A stretch of DNA of 63,229 nt, filler included, from Octopus bimaculoides (Eukaryota), in assembly GCF_001194135.2 (NCBI RefSeq). It is 5 parts of 4 records of this genome, joined end to end, with 100 filler letters (N's around TTAATTAATTAA, not from the genome) between each part and the next. Parts side by side here need not be neighbours in the genome. Positions count along the whole stretch, not along the records: positions 15,798 to 45,942 come from NC_068989.1; 4 more parts are not named here. One strand, given 5' to 3'. The notes beneath the pieces were generated by a model. It made no database searches. It was not told the origin of the DNA and saw only the letters and a program-made list of their open reading frames with translations. Shown one piece after another: positions 22,336-34,429 of the stretch. A program made the position numbers and the translations under genes. The stretch's first letter is position 1; each line of letters starts with the position of its first letter.

Positions 22336-23344
22336 ATAGCATGCTACGCGTGCGCCCCCCCCACACACAATGCATGTTTCGCTAAATGGATTAGACAGCT
22401 GAAGACATCTTTCGATCTTCTCTTGACCTTGTCAGCTAAGTATAATCTTAATTGCACTCACCAAACTAATGGTAAATGAAGCACTATGTAAATATACAAG
22501 AGCATACATGTTTTGGTAGTTTAGGAAAATAGAATTTTAGTAATATAATTCAGATATGATATTTGCATGAACAAAAGAGAAAAAAGACCCAACAAAACAA
22601 TAGCTTAGATAGTGTTACCACATTTAATGCATGGAACATTTAAAAGTTATCTGAAATTACATATGTGGTGAGAAAAATACAAAGCTATTAATTAACGGTT
22701 GGTGTTATTTTAGCATTTTCCGGGACTACACGTGATACAACTTGCAGCTCCATTTGGGCGTTACCTAACCCAATGTCGGCCACCTTTTCCATATATGCCC
22801 CACCCTGTTTTATTCTTATACACTGTAACCCAGTAAAAGACATGTACTTTCTAAAACGTTTGCCTTCTGGAGTAATTATTCTACAAGCTATGCAACTAAT
22901 TCGGACTTTCCTGTCGATCTTACTGAAGTGTACCACTGGCAATAGGGAAATCCTAAACAAATAGCAACACGCTTTTATATTTTAAATGTCGAAAGCCAAA
23001 CGTATTACTATTCAGGAAAAAAAACTAAGCTTGTCACCTACAAAACTTTGCTATGGTTCACGTTGTTACTGGTGATTATATTCTTACTCTTGCTTTGTTG
23101 TTTTGTTTTTTGTAATTCTTTTGGCTATAGTTCGACGTGGATCCCACGTCCCGACCCAAATTGCATTCTCACTGGGACGACTTTCATGTTACTGATCACA
23201 ATTATGAGCTCTAAAACAAGGGCAAATTAATGTCATAATTTTGCATTATTCTTATAAAAAATAAATATCAAACGAAAAGATGACGTTATATCTCACTTCC
23301 GCCTCATTAAGCAAAATAATTGTCGTTGTTCCCAAATTATATAT

Positions 23345-23346
<2 letters not shown>

Positions 23347-23387
<41 letters not shown>

Positions 23388-23439
23388 AATATATATATAT
23401 ATATATCTATATATATCTATATATATCTATATATATCTA

Positions 23440-23472
<33 letters not shown>

Positions 23473-23687
23473 ATATGTATGTATATATGTATGTATGTAT
23501 GTATATATGTATGTATGTATGTATATATGTATGTATGTATGTATACATATACACTCACACGGACATACAGAGGCACACACACATATGCACACACACGCAC
23601 ACAAACACATATTTGATTTGGGTGTTAAACCTGGAGTTTACCCTTAAGCCTCGCCAATGCTGCAACAATTTTCCCACACCACTTGCC

Positions 23688-23722
<35 letters not shown>
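23347..23722. repeat. Compound microsatellite cluster (CA)n/(AT)n/(ATGT)n
   Basis: Direct reading. Confidence 0.9.
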
Positions 23723-23834
23723 NNNNNNNNNNNNNNNNNNNNNNNNNNNNNNNNNNNNNNNNNNNNNNNNNNNNNNNNNNNNNNNNNNNNNNNNNNNNNN
23801 NNNNNNNNNNNNNNNNNNNNNNNNNNNNNNNNNN

Positions 23835-23990
23835 CTTCTTTATATTCTGAATCCAAAATCCACGAAGGTCGACTTTACCTATCAACCTTTCAGAGTCGAT
23901 AAAATAAGTACCAGTTGAGCAACTAGGGGTCAATATAATCGGCTTGCCCCTTCCCCGAAATTGCTAACCTTGTACCAAAATTTGAAACCA
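23835..23990 (+). mobile_element. SINE family C (3' part)
   Basis: GAAGGTCGACTTTACCTATCAACCTTTCAGAGTCGATAAAATAAGTACCAGTTG...CCAAAATTTGAAACC. Confidence 0.8.
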
Positions 23991-24014
23991 ATATGTATGT
24001 ATGTACACTATTCA

Positions 24015-24180
24015 ATTTTTTTTCTCCGTGTTTTTCTCCTTGTCTCCGTATTCTTTCTGTTGAAGAGCGTAGCTCGAAACGTCAAAGACTTTCCGTATTC
24101 CCGAGCGTCATACTAATATATACTTTTGTTATTTACACCACCTGTCCTCGTCTGTTGTTATTATTTGTATATTCTCCCAT
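24015..24180 (+). mobile_element. Penelope-like terminal-repeat remnant containing a minimal hammerhead-like motif (24051-24089)
   Basis: TCTTT-CTGTTGA-A-GAGC(GTA)GCTC-GAAA-C-GTC-AAAGA; the flank resembles 50050-50220 on the minus strand. The Penelope origin is inference. Confidence 0.55.
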
Positions 24181-24593
24181 ATATGTATGTATGTATATAA
24201 GTAGGTAGGAAGGTAGGTAGGTTGGTAGGATAGGTATGTATGTATTATGTATGTATGTATGTATGTTTGTAGGTAGATAGGTAGGTAGGTAGGTAGGTAG
24301 GTAGGCAGGCAGGGAGGCAGGCAGATATATATTTGTTAACTATTTTTATACAACTATTACAGATAAAAAGTTTAGTATTAAATTTTCTCAGTCCCAGAAA
24401 CAGTAGACTAAAGTATATCATTAGTTAAGCCATAATCTCTACAAACCTCTGTTCACCATCTGTTAATAACTTATAGCTTCGTCGTTGTTATGAGTTATCC
24501 ACAAATACAGAAACAAGGCTAGTAATCTTAAAGATTGGTTATCAAAAATATGTATATGTATATACATACATCCATACATACATATACATATAT

Positions 24594-24632
<39 letters not shown>

Positions 24633-25249
24633 AGGCATTTAAGGTAACTGGAATGTACATAACTTCAATGGATTGTGGTCTGTTACGTTTTGTATGGCAA
24701 ACAAATTGATAAACGTAGATAAACTGAGCGATATTTGAGACACAAATTAGTCCAGCCTATGTCTAACTTAAAAGTCACCCCTCGAAATGATCTGTTAATC
24801 TATTTTCAAGCCGAGTTTTATGGTACGGTGGCCCACTCAAGTAGGGAGTTGCTAGAATGTATTCAGGTATAGGTGACTTGTCAGGTATTCCTTAGAGAAA
24901 TTTGTTCAGACATAGTTTGAAGGTGATGGGATAAGATATTCTTCTTTGATTTGTTTTGGATTAATTTTAAATGGAGCAGGGTTCCTTGAAGAAAAGTAAT
25001 TGTATTGCAGTGTATTTATATTTTGTGAAGATGAATTGTGTTGGGGGTGTATGAAACGGCATCCGAGACTTAGATGAATTTTGAATTTGATATTGAGATC
25101 ATTTTGGCAATGCAGGTAGTATAAGCTACACATTGAACAAATGATGTAAGGTTCACGACAGTGTTAGAAGGAATAAAGTTTCAATGTTTTAAACCAGCAG
25201 AAAGTTATACATGGATACATATCCTGCAGACTAAAGAGCACCAACAATA

Positions 25250-25745
25250 TTGACATGAATAGCAGCCTCCTTTGGACTTGCGACAGATACGTCATTTCTC
25301 ACCGAGAAGGCTAGTCCTTTGCTGTTCAGGATCAAGAGATAACCCACTAAATATCTGAAAGAGAGATAATGACGTTTTTAGACTTCCACAGAGTGTAGAA
25401 AATGTCCATTGTGCTATATCAGTGTATAAGACACCACTCATATAACACCGTCATCAATGCTTCAGGAACGAAAGATTTTTTTTTTTCTGATGGATATATT
25501 AAAAGCAAACCAGGATCAGAATGTTTCTATAAGTTTAAAAATAAAGAAAACAGGAAGCATTCCAATAAAAACTGCAACCTGGTGTAAGCACAATAGACCA
25601 GATATTGTTCTTTGGGAATGAAGAAACGTCACGCACAGATCGTCGGCGGATGTAAATGTCTCGTCAAAAATTGTGGGGAAAGGAGAACAGCTATAAAGAA
25701 CTAATGAGAAACGTACAACACTTATGTCTCGACGACAGATGTGCA
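25250..25745 (+). mobile_element. Decayed RLE-type LINE remnant
   Basis: FAVQDQE..TKYL-like stretch near 25318-25360, then WCKHNRPDIV and ENSYKELMRNVQHL. Confidence 0.75.
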
Positions 25746-26379
25746 CAGGGCTACGATAAATGTGCACATAGGTTCACAGGGCTATGTAGCAACAGATTTT
25801 CGCACAAACATCAATTTGCTAGGATTCACCAGAAAGAACAGAACGAATTGTTTCGCATATTCCTTATTCAATCGATTAGAGGTACAATGATAATTTGTAA
25901 AATATTGTAAGGATTCCTCGTTTGAGGTTTCTAGGTTGATCGCATACACACATTAAGGTGTGCATATCATATACACACAGATAGATACACATTCATATAG
26001 ACACTAATGAAGAACACGCACTTGTGTACTAAATTGTCACCCACAACACGAGTGAAAGTTTATTGAAATACATTTATGCTCAGATAGATATATATGTACA
26101 CACCACCCAATTCACATAAAAAAAAACAGGAGACGACTTGACTTGGAAAGAAGAGCTTTTTTAGTAACTGAGTTAAATTCTACAACAGAAAAAGAAAACA
26201 ACTTACATAATTCCAACGAGTATGCATGCATACATATAAACATATATGTGTAGACATACATACATACATGCATACATACATACATACATATACAGAAAAA
26301 ATGCCTTTCAATGCCGTATAATATCCCTTCGGCAACATCTTTTAACCACCAAGTGTCGAAGTGCATCCCTTGACCAAGT

Positions 26380-27480
26380 TTGCATACATGAGGCTGTTAA
26401 CACCCTAAGACTTGGAAAGCAGCCCCTTGAGCAACATTCCTTGTCTGATAACCTTAAATACATGCTCAAAGAAGTCGCACGACTCTACTGCAACGTATTA
26501 TCAGATAAAAGGATGAGCATATATGAGCAGAAGACTATGCATGGATACGTTAGTAGAAATCTCACGAGATGATAGTAACATTGGTCATCAAAGCGGACTA
26601 TCATGGACTAACACCCAGATTACTACCTCCCACTTTGAAGGGTATGCGTTTGCAATCCAGGAACAGGAAATATCAACCAAATACCTGATGCACAAAAGGG
26701 ACAGAGATGCAGGAATAGCAGTAAAATATGACAACTGATGCAGACTTTGTGGAGTTCACACCGAAGATATCACCTACATGATAAGCAGCTGTCCGAAAAT
26801 GTCATCATGGTATTATCAACAGATGAGACATGATGTTGTAACTAGGACACTCTATAATGAAATCCGTCATAATAAAAAAGTAGTGGTGGAATGTCCCAGT
26901 GAAAACCTCAATAAAATGTAAGCACAACAGACCTGATATAAGGATTTAGGAAAGAGAAGAGAAACTGTGTAGAGCTGTGGAAATTAGCTGCCCAGCGGAT
27001 GTTAACATAAAGCTGAAGATCAGTGAAAAAGAGAATACCTACGCTGAACTATAGAGAAATCTGCAGTTACTCTATCCAGATTACAAGTTCAGGTTTATAC
27101 CTGTAATTATTGAGGCCCTGGTATATGTAACACACTGCCTAAATACCAATCTTGAGAAATTAGGCTTCTTAAAACTAGAAAAAAGAAAGCTAATTCGAAG
27201 AATACAGATCCAATCCATCACTGGAACAGTAAAAATCTGTAAAACTTTCCAGGAGTTTATCATTTAAATATATACGAGCATGTTTAGATATGCAACTGTA
27301 TGCATGAGAAAACAAAACATACAAATTTGTACATATACATGCGTGAATACATACATACATATATACATACAAAAATACCCTGTTGTTGATGTTGAAATTC
27401 TAATGAAGGAGCCTTGGGTCTAGGTTAGAGACCGGCTCTTTCTCTATTGGCAAGAAATCTTGAAATAAAACTGAATAATG
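26380..27480 (+). mobile_element. RLE-type (R4/NeSL-like) LINE 3' fragment with CCHC knuckle, endonuclease and 3' UTR
   Basis: SHFEGYAFAIQEQEISTKYL, CRLCGVHTEDITYMISSCPKM, RHDVV, HNRPDI, EISCPADVNIKLKISEKENTYAEL, YPDYKFRFIPVII, QSITGTVKICKTF. Confidence 0.9.
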
Positions 27481-27768
27481 ACATACATATACACACATGC
27501 ATATATACACACTCACATACATATATATATATACATATATATATACTTGAATTGCATTTTAACATCCCCTTTCACTCACCGTCTCTTATTTATTATATTA
27601 TGGTTCATGATTTGGCCTTGTATTTCATGCCAATAGTTTTTAGTAACCCACTAAACTGCTGGGTGAGGTTCACTTCGAATTTCAGCTGGATTGCCAAAAA
27701 AGAGAACACAACCAGTCAGATTGAAGCAAAAGATAATTTTTCTTGGCTCGCTTCCCTTTCGTCCATCT

Positions 27769-27769
<1 letters not shown>

Positions 27770-27836
<67 letters not shown>
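27770..27836. repeat. (ATT)n microsatellite
   Basis: Direct reading. Confidence 0.95.
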
Positions 27837-27837
<1 letters not shown>

Positions 27838-28280
27838 GTTTGGCTTTTGCTTTGTATTATTATTATTATTATTATTTGGAATGTAAAGTTAAAAAAGGGA
27901 AGTACTACTTTCCAGTAAATTTGTTGAAAGGTGGTCCGTTTGTACTGGTCTACTCTAAGTTCCAACCTGTAGATTGAAAGAAAACATCAGTACGAAGGTC
28001 TTATTGGTCAGAGTCACCGTGGCTTTACGTGGTTTCCTTGAGCAGCTTCCAGAAGTCTCCCTCTTGCGGAAGATATATTTATTGTTGGAATTTATTATTA
28101 CAGTTGTTCTTCATGTAATCTCGCATTACATCTTCCTCCCCAATGATTTTGTGAACCCTGAGCGGTTAAAAAAGAAATCGCTGTTATCATTATTGTTGGC
28201 GCTGTTATATTTCATTGTACACTATTGATATAAAATACATATTTTCATTGTGTTTTCCTCTCATGTTAACTGTCAAACCA

Positions 28281-28669
28281 GGTGCAATGGCCCAGTGGTT
28301 AGGGCAACGGACTCGCGGTCATAGGATCGCGGTTTCGATTCCCAGACCGGGCGTTGTGAGTGTTTATTAAGCGAAAACACTTAAAGTTCCACGAGGCTTC
28401 GGCAGGGGATGGTGGCAAACCCTTCTGTACTCTTTCACCACAACTTTCTCTCACTCTTACTTCCTGCTTCTGTTGTACCTGTAATTCAAAGGGTCAGCCT
28501 TGTCACACTCTGTGTCACGCTGAATATCCCCGAGAACTACGTTAAGGGTACACGTGTCTGTGGGTTGCTCAGCCACTTGCACGTTAATTTTCCACGAGCA
28601 GGCTGTTCCGTTGATCGGATCAACTGGAACCCTCGACGTCGTAAGCGACGGAGTGCCAACAACAACAAC
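28281..28669 (+). mobile_element. SINE family B, full length with (AAC)n tail and 13-bp TSD
   Basis: A box TGGCCCAGTGG, B box GGTTTCGATTCC; AACTGTCAAACCA is duplicated at 28268-28280 and 28670-28682. Confidence 0.95.
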
Positions 28670-28916
28670 AACTGTCAAACCAGAACAAAATGCCTCACAC
28701 GGAAAGTACATTTCTGAGAAAATAAAAATATGAGCTGTTTTAAGCATAGATTTTTTTGGATCATTCGCGTATCTGACTTGATGTCCAGCCGCTCAACTGG
28801 TATAACAGATTCTTTTTTGTTTTTTGTTTTGTTTTTGAATGAACCTAAATCGCCATGGATAACAAGTGTTACTTTCACTTTTGCTACTGAGATTCCTCGC
28901 ATTCTTGATTCATCTA

Positions 28917-28980
28917 ATTCATCTATTTTAAATCAGTGATTCATCTATTTTAAATCAGTGATTCATCTATTTTAAATCAT
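28917..28980. repeat. 22-bp tandem repeat (ATTCATCTATTTTAAATCAGTG) x about 2.9
   Basis: Units start at 28917, 28939 and 28961. Confidence 0.92.
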
Positions 28981-29064
28981 GATATTTTTTACAGCCATGT
29001 CCGCAATATTTTGTCAGAAGGAATTGTAACGTCTACTATGAGGCATTTTGTTTTTATATATAAT

Positions 29065-29260
29065 GTATAAGGCCAGAAATTTTGAGGGGACGAAGTAAGT
29101 CGATTACATTGACCTCGGTACTCAACAGATACTTATTCTAGCGACCCCAGATTGATGAAAAGTAAAATCGACCTCGACATTTGAACGTAAATAAGCGGAA
29201 GAAATGCTGAGTAGCATTTTGACCGGCATGCCAACAATTCTGCCAACTTGCCTCCTTGAT
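29065..29260 (-). mobile_element. SINE family C, degenerate copy
   Basis: GTCGATTACATTGACC...GATGAAAAGTAAAATCGACCTCGACATTTGAAC...TGCCAACTTGCC. Confidence 0.7.
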
Positions 29261-30504
29261 GTCATCTTAATGATATCTCCTTTACTTTGTTCAATTAATT
29301 TTGCTGTCAAGTAACAACAAAACCAAGTTATTAAATAAAACCACAGCCACCATCGAGAAGAAACAGTTACAACAAATACAAATAAAATACAAGAAGAACA
29401 AATAAAATGAACGAAGAACAATTAATAATATCACTGATAGCAGCTACAGCGGCAGCATCACAAGATTAATTGCTGTAGAAGAGTCTCTCGTAGCGTATAA
29501 AAACACCGCCTCCACCACTACTGCTTCAATGGCTGACAGAGGAAACAACGTCGGCGGCGTCACCTACGCCGTTATGAGCTGAACAGCTCTTGCAACCAAA
29601 GCAATGCCGTTACTACGGTTACCGGTTCTGTCAGCGTCTAAAACAGCAGCAGAAGCAACATTAAGACCTAAAGGCACAACTAAAGAAGCTGTAAGAACTG
29701 GGTCTTTCACCTGCGCAGCGAGAGTTCGAGAAAGAATCGATTAGATAATTGAATGCTTGAAGGAGGTTTGAAATAAGTCCCAAGCGAAGGAAAGTTAGTT
29801 TGTCCTTCTACAAAAGCATCGAGGAAACATAGAGACACACAGCAATTTGCTGCTGAATACATGCGAAAATTAAGCAGGTAGAAAGAAACATGAAGTTGGT
29901 GTGGAGTCGCATCACTTGCATGGCAAGCACCATGGTACAATGAATGTCAGGTTCCAGTTTGAGATCCGAGTGTAAACGTAGCATTTGGAAAAAGGTAAAG
30001 GTGTTGGGTGCGTTACCATAAAGAAGCATTAATTGGCTGATGCCGGTCGTCTTCGCAGACATAGAAAATGTAGTCACAATCTTGGAGGAGCAGAAGCTGT
30101 ACTGAGAAAACTGGTCGCGGGAGGCATGGAGCTTTTGATCTAAATAGACCAGCAAAGGCTCGAATCACTGCCGAGTTGATTGGCTTGCCGGTTGGCGTTC
30201 TTTTGTTTGTGATGCTGCAAACGATATAAGAGAATTCCATCTACGACAGAGGGTTAAAAAAGAAACCCCAACCAATTGCTTCCATCATTATAAACACAAT
30301 AGCCACACCAACAACAGTGTGCAACCACAATAGTAGAAGTATGAATAACAGTAGCTTCAAAAACAACAGCCGCAAAAATAACAACAGTAACAGAAGTAGC
30401 AATTACAGCAACTCAAGTATCTAGTGATGGGGACAAACACAAAGATACATACATATCTATCTATCTATCTGTCTGTCTGTGTCTGTCTGTCTGTGTCTGT
30501 CTGT

Positions 30505-30862
<358 letters not shown>

Positions 30863-30867
30863 TGTAT

Positions 30868-31030
30868 GATAGGCTTCTTTCGGCTTTTGTTTCCCGTACC
30901 CGCTCACAAGGCTTTGATATCGGCCCCGGGTTATGATGGAAGACAGTTGCCAAAGATATCCCGCAGAGGTGATGAACCCGGTATCAAGTGTTTAGGAAAC
31001 AAATTTCTGATCGCACAGACGACCATGCTT
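30868..31030 (-). mobile_element. SINE family A 5' half, degenerate
   Basis: CTCACAAGGCTTTG...GGAAGACAGTTGCCAAAG matches the family A minus strand. Confidence 0.65.
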
Positions 31031-31458
31031 GTAGAGAGTGATTTGCTGTTAACAAAGGAACGGAGGATTGCAATAAACTCGTGTTGCTTGCAGCAGCACT
31101 AAATTTTACCTAATATTAGCAACGCGAATCGGCAAGAAAAAAGAAAAAAAAAAAAAAGAAACACACACACGCAACAAGACAACAAAGAAATAATAAAAAC
31201 CGAACGAACTATAAAACTATGAAAATGTTGTCTAGTCGACTCCCTTCCACCATAAACAAACATAAACATATCTTTTTCCCCGACAAAAACATAAACTCAC
31301 AAGAGCAGGCGAATCTGTTTTTGTTTGGATGCCAATTTTCAATCTCTTCAATTCCGGCTCGAATTGATTTCATATTCGGTATGCTAATCATTGCTTTGAA
31401 ATTTATTTTCGCAACAAATCAATAAATAAAGAGTTATTAGCTTTTAAAATTTGAAAAT

Positions 31459-31508
31459 ATTGGCTAATTTTAGCCAATCAACACAATCTTGCCTGTTTCC
31501 ATAGTAAC
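31459..31508. promoter_or_regulatory. Inverted CCAAT pair plus RFX X-box motif
   Basis: ATTGGCTAATTTTAGCCAAT (31459-31478) and GTTTCCATAGTAAC (31495-31508). Motif match only; may be carried by a non-autonomous DNA transposon. Confidence 0.3.
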
Positions 31509-32304
31509 AAGCCAAGCATAAGAATTCTTTAGTTTGCGAGAAAGCACATGCTGACAAATATATTCCACTCATTAAGGTGGATGTTAGATATACTAAAAAT
31601 AACAGCCAAATAGGCCTTAAATCACGCAACAAAATTCCTTTGTTTTAGTTTTGGATCATCGTATGAATTACGGTGGGTAGAATACAAATTCGCAAAAGTT
31701 TTCTGAAAATCCCTCAAAATAATAAAAGTTATTAGGGGTTATATGGCGTGCATAAAGTAGAATTTGAATTGTTTACAGCTGACAACACGTACTGTCACGC
31801 ACAAAATGACGGGTTTCAAATCCTATTTTCTGACCCGGTGAAAATCATCAAACTTTAAACCTCTATAACTTAAAAGAAAAATTTTATGGATAAAATGAAG
31901 TATTTACTAAGATTCAGCTTAGAAAACAACATTAATGTGCCAAATTTTAAATCCTTCAATAAACTTTGAGTTTTCGAAATTTGACAACCAAACTGAAAAG
32001 ATCCGAGCAGGCACACCAGTCTGACTGTATGTCTTAGACTTCTACGATATGCCGATCGATGATTTTGAGGTAAAAAGCCCGTTACGGGAGGCGTTCATAT
32101 GAGGAAGTCATAAAAAAACGTAAGGCTGTCCTAAGAAGAGAGGGAATCTTAAAGGGGAGAAGGAGATTTCTTCGACTAACCACACATCCGCTCTATCAAG
32201 TCCATCGGCAGCAGTATGTGAGTCTATCAATCTATCTATGTGCCTAGCTTTGCTGTACATATATAGGTATATGAAATGTATATATATACGCGCGCACACA
32301 CACA

Positions 32305-32377
<73 letters not shown>

Positions 32378-32416
32378 ACATACATACACATACGCACACA
32401 AACATATACATATACA

Positions 32417-33692
32417 TGGGGTCATTCCATAAATAATGCGGTTTTTTCAATTGCATGCACCAAAAGTCAGTGGGAGACAGGATAAATTACCTGCATCAAC
32501 TTGCTATAAAAACAGGCAGAAATGTTACCTTGTGCTTATTCATAGGGAAATTTTGAAGAGTGCAGTTCGATTTTAACAGTTATTTTTTTAAAGCTATAAT
32601 GGAAGTGATAAAGGAGCATATTCGACATATTTTGCTTTATGAGTTCAATAAAGGCAACAATGCAATGGAAAGTGCGAGGAATATTAATGCAGCATATAAA
32701 GATCGGAGAATAAGCGTAAGCCAGTGTGAACGATGGTTCCAGAAATTCTGAGCGGGAAACTACAGCCTAGTAGACGAGCCTCGTTCTGGAAGATCTGTAG
32801 AGCTCGACGAGGACGTCCTGCAAACCCTGTTGGAACAAAATCCCATCGTAACTGTTGAGGAAGTAGCAGAGAATCTCGGATTATGTCATTCATCGACTCC
32901 TGCGTGCCATGAAAAAAGTCAGCAAATTGGGTCAATGGCTTCCCCACAAACTTTTCGACTCTAATCGCGAGCAGAGAGTGAATGTGTGCTCTTCATTACT
33001 GCCACGTCTCGCGAATGAACCTCTTTTGGACCGAATAGTGACTGCTGACGAAAATTGGGTTCTCTATCAAAATGTCCAGCGCCGAAGACAGTGGGTAGGC
33101 AAAGGGGAAACCCCCGTACTCCAGGTTAAAGAAGGTTTTCACCCAGGTAAGGTGTTGTTATCTGTTTGGTTGGGTATGAAAGGTTTAGTCCACTTTCAAC
33201 GTTTAAACCCAAACCAAACGATAACAAAGGAGATCTACTGCAAGCAGCTTGAGCGGTTTAAGTCAGCGCTAGACAAAAACGACCATCTTTGGTTTCAAGA
33301 CAAAAGGTATTCTTCCATCAGGATAATGCTTGGCCACATACAGTGAGGATGACATTCCAAAGGTTGGCTCAGTGTAAATGGGAAACGATGCCCCAGCCAC
33401 CATATTCGCCGAATATTGTCTCATCTGATTATCATTTAATCTGCAGTCTTCTAAATCATTTGTACGAAAAAGATGTGAATTCTGTAGACGACGTCAGAAC
33501 AGTACTGGAGAGCATTCTTCGACACGAACAAGTGAATTTTGGAAGAAGGGCCTTGTTAGTCTACTAAATAGATGGAATAGCATTGTAGAAAATGAAGAAG
33601 GGCATATTTTAGATTAAGAAAGAACTTTGTTTATCTTAGTTTTGAAAAATACAAGAGATATACAAAAACGAACTATTTATGGGATGACCCAA
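32417..33692 (+). mobile_element. Near full-length mariner transposon (D,D34D; SETMAR/Hsmar1-like), inactive
   Basis: About 29-bp imperfect TIRs (TGGGGTCATTCCATAAATAATGCGGTTTTT and AAAAACGAACTATTTATGGGATGACCCAA), TA at 33693-33694; transposase from ATG 32599 to about 33617. Confidence 0.95.
32599..33617 (+). pseudogene. Mariner transposase pseudogene
   Basis: MEVIKEHIRHILLYEFNKGNNA...CERWFQKF*...DEPRSGR, WLPHKL, RIVTADENW, KVLLSVW, FHQDNAWPH, PYSPNIVSSDYHL; one stop and several frameshifts. Confidence 0.92.
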
Positions 33693-33796
33693 TATATATG
33701 TTTATATATAGAGCAAAAGATTGCGGTTTTGAAATAGTTCTGTACAAAGTTATCTGGCTATGCTACAAAAGCTGCTTTTGCTGTTATTACAACAGC

Positions 33797-34037
33797 AGGA
33801 TGGAACAGAGGGTCTGTACTTTCAGCAGGACGGGGCACCGGCCCATTATGCTACGCTTGTGCGAGACTGGCTGGACGCCAACCTGCCCTGTCGATGGATT
33901 GGTAGGCGAGGACCGCTTGAGTGGCCGTCTCGTTCACCGGATTTGACCCCACCCGACTTTTTTCTGTGGGGCAAACCGCTTGAGTGGCCGTCTCGTTCAC
34001 CGGATTTGACCCCACCCGACTTTTTTCTGTGTGGCAA
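33797..34037 (+). mobile_element. Tc1/mariner-superfamily transposase fragment (maT/DD37D-like) with a 63-bp in-frame tandem duplication
   Basis: YFQQDGAPAHYATLVRDWLDANLPCRWIGRRGPLEWPSRSPDLTPPDFFLWG; 33912-33974 is repeated at 33975-34037. Confidence 0.9.
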
Positions 34038-34290
34038 ACCCTGCTGTACTTTTTCACCACAACTTTATCTCACTCTTACTTCCTGTTTCTGTTGTGCCTG
34101 TAATTCAAAGGGTCAGCCTTGTCACGCTGTGTCACGCTGAATATCCCCGAGAACTACGTTAAGGGTACACATGTCTGTCGAGTGCTCAGCCACTTGCACG
34201 TTAATTTTCCACGAGCAAGCTGTTCCGTTGATCGGATCAATTGGAACCCTCGACGTCGTAAGCGAAGGAGTCCCAACTACTACTACTAGC
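34031..34290 (+). mobile_element. SINE family B, 5'-truncated, fused to the transposase fragment
   Basis: Matches 28413-28660, starting at the shared GGCAAACC. Confidence 0.9.
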
Positions 34291-34429
34291 ACAGGGACTG
34301 AATTACTCCCAACAAAATTTCAATTCCCGTTCCTATATTAGAATTATGCCAAGTTGAGAAAATATTTTCCAGTGAACTAACGGACATGACATTTGAAAAT
34401 ACAAATAATGAGCTTACCTATAGATTTAT

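Noticed and set aside
22688-22964. Overlapping 90-aa and 63-aa ORFs in non-repetitive-looking sequence
   Set aside because: No motif, no clear splice signals and no TE assignment possible.
28281-28355. tRNA-like sequences with A/B boxes (also 17590-17665, 21872-21950, 35125-35195, 44595-44645)
   Set aside because: They continue into shared SINE bodies and tails, have TSDs and lack a clean cloverleaf: SINE heads, not tRNA genes.
29707-30240. Overlapping minus-strand ORFs (77, 115 and 75 aa) as a protein-coding gene
   Set aside because: No recognisable domain, and different frames overlap; kept only as an unexplained unique island.
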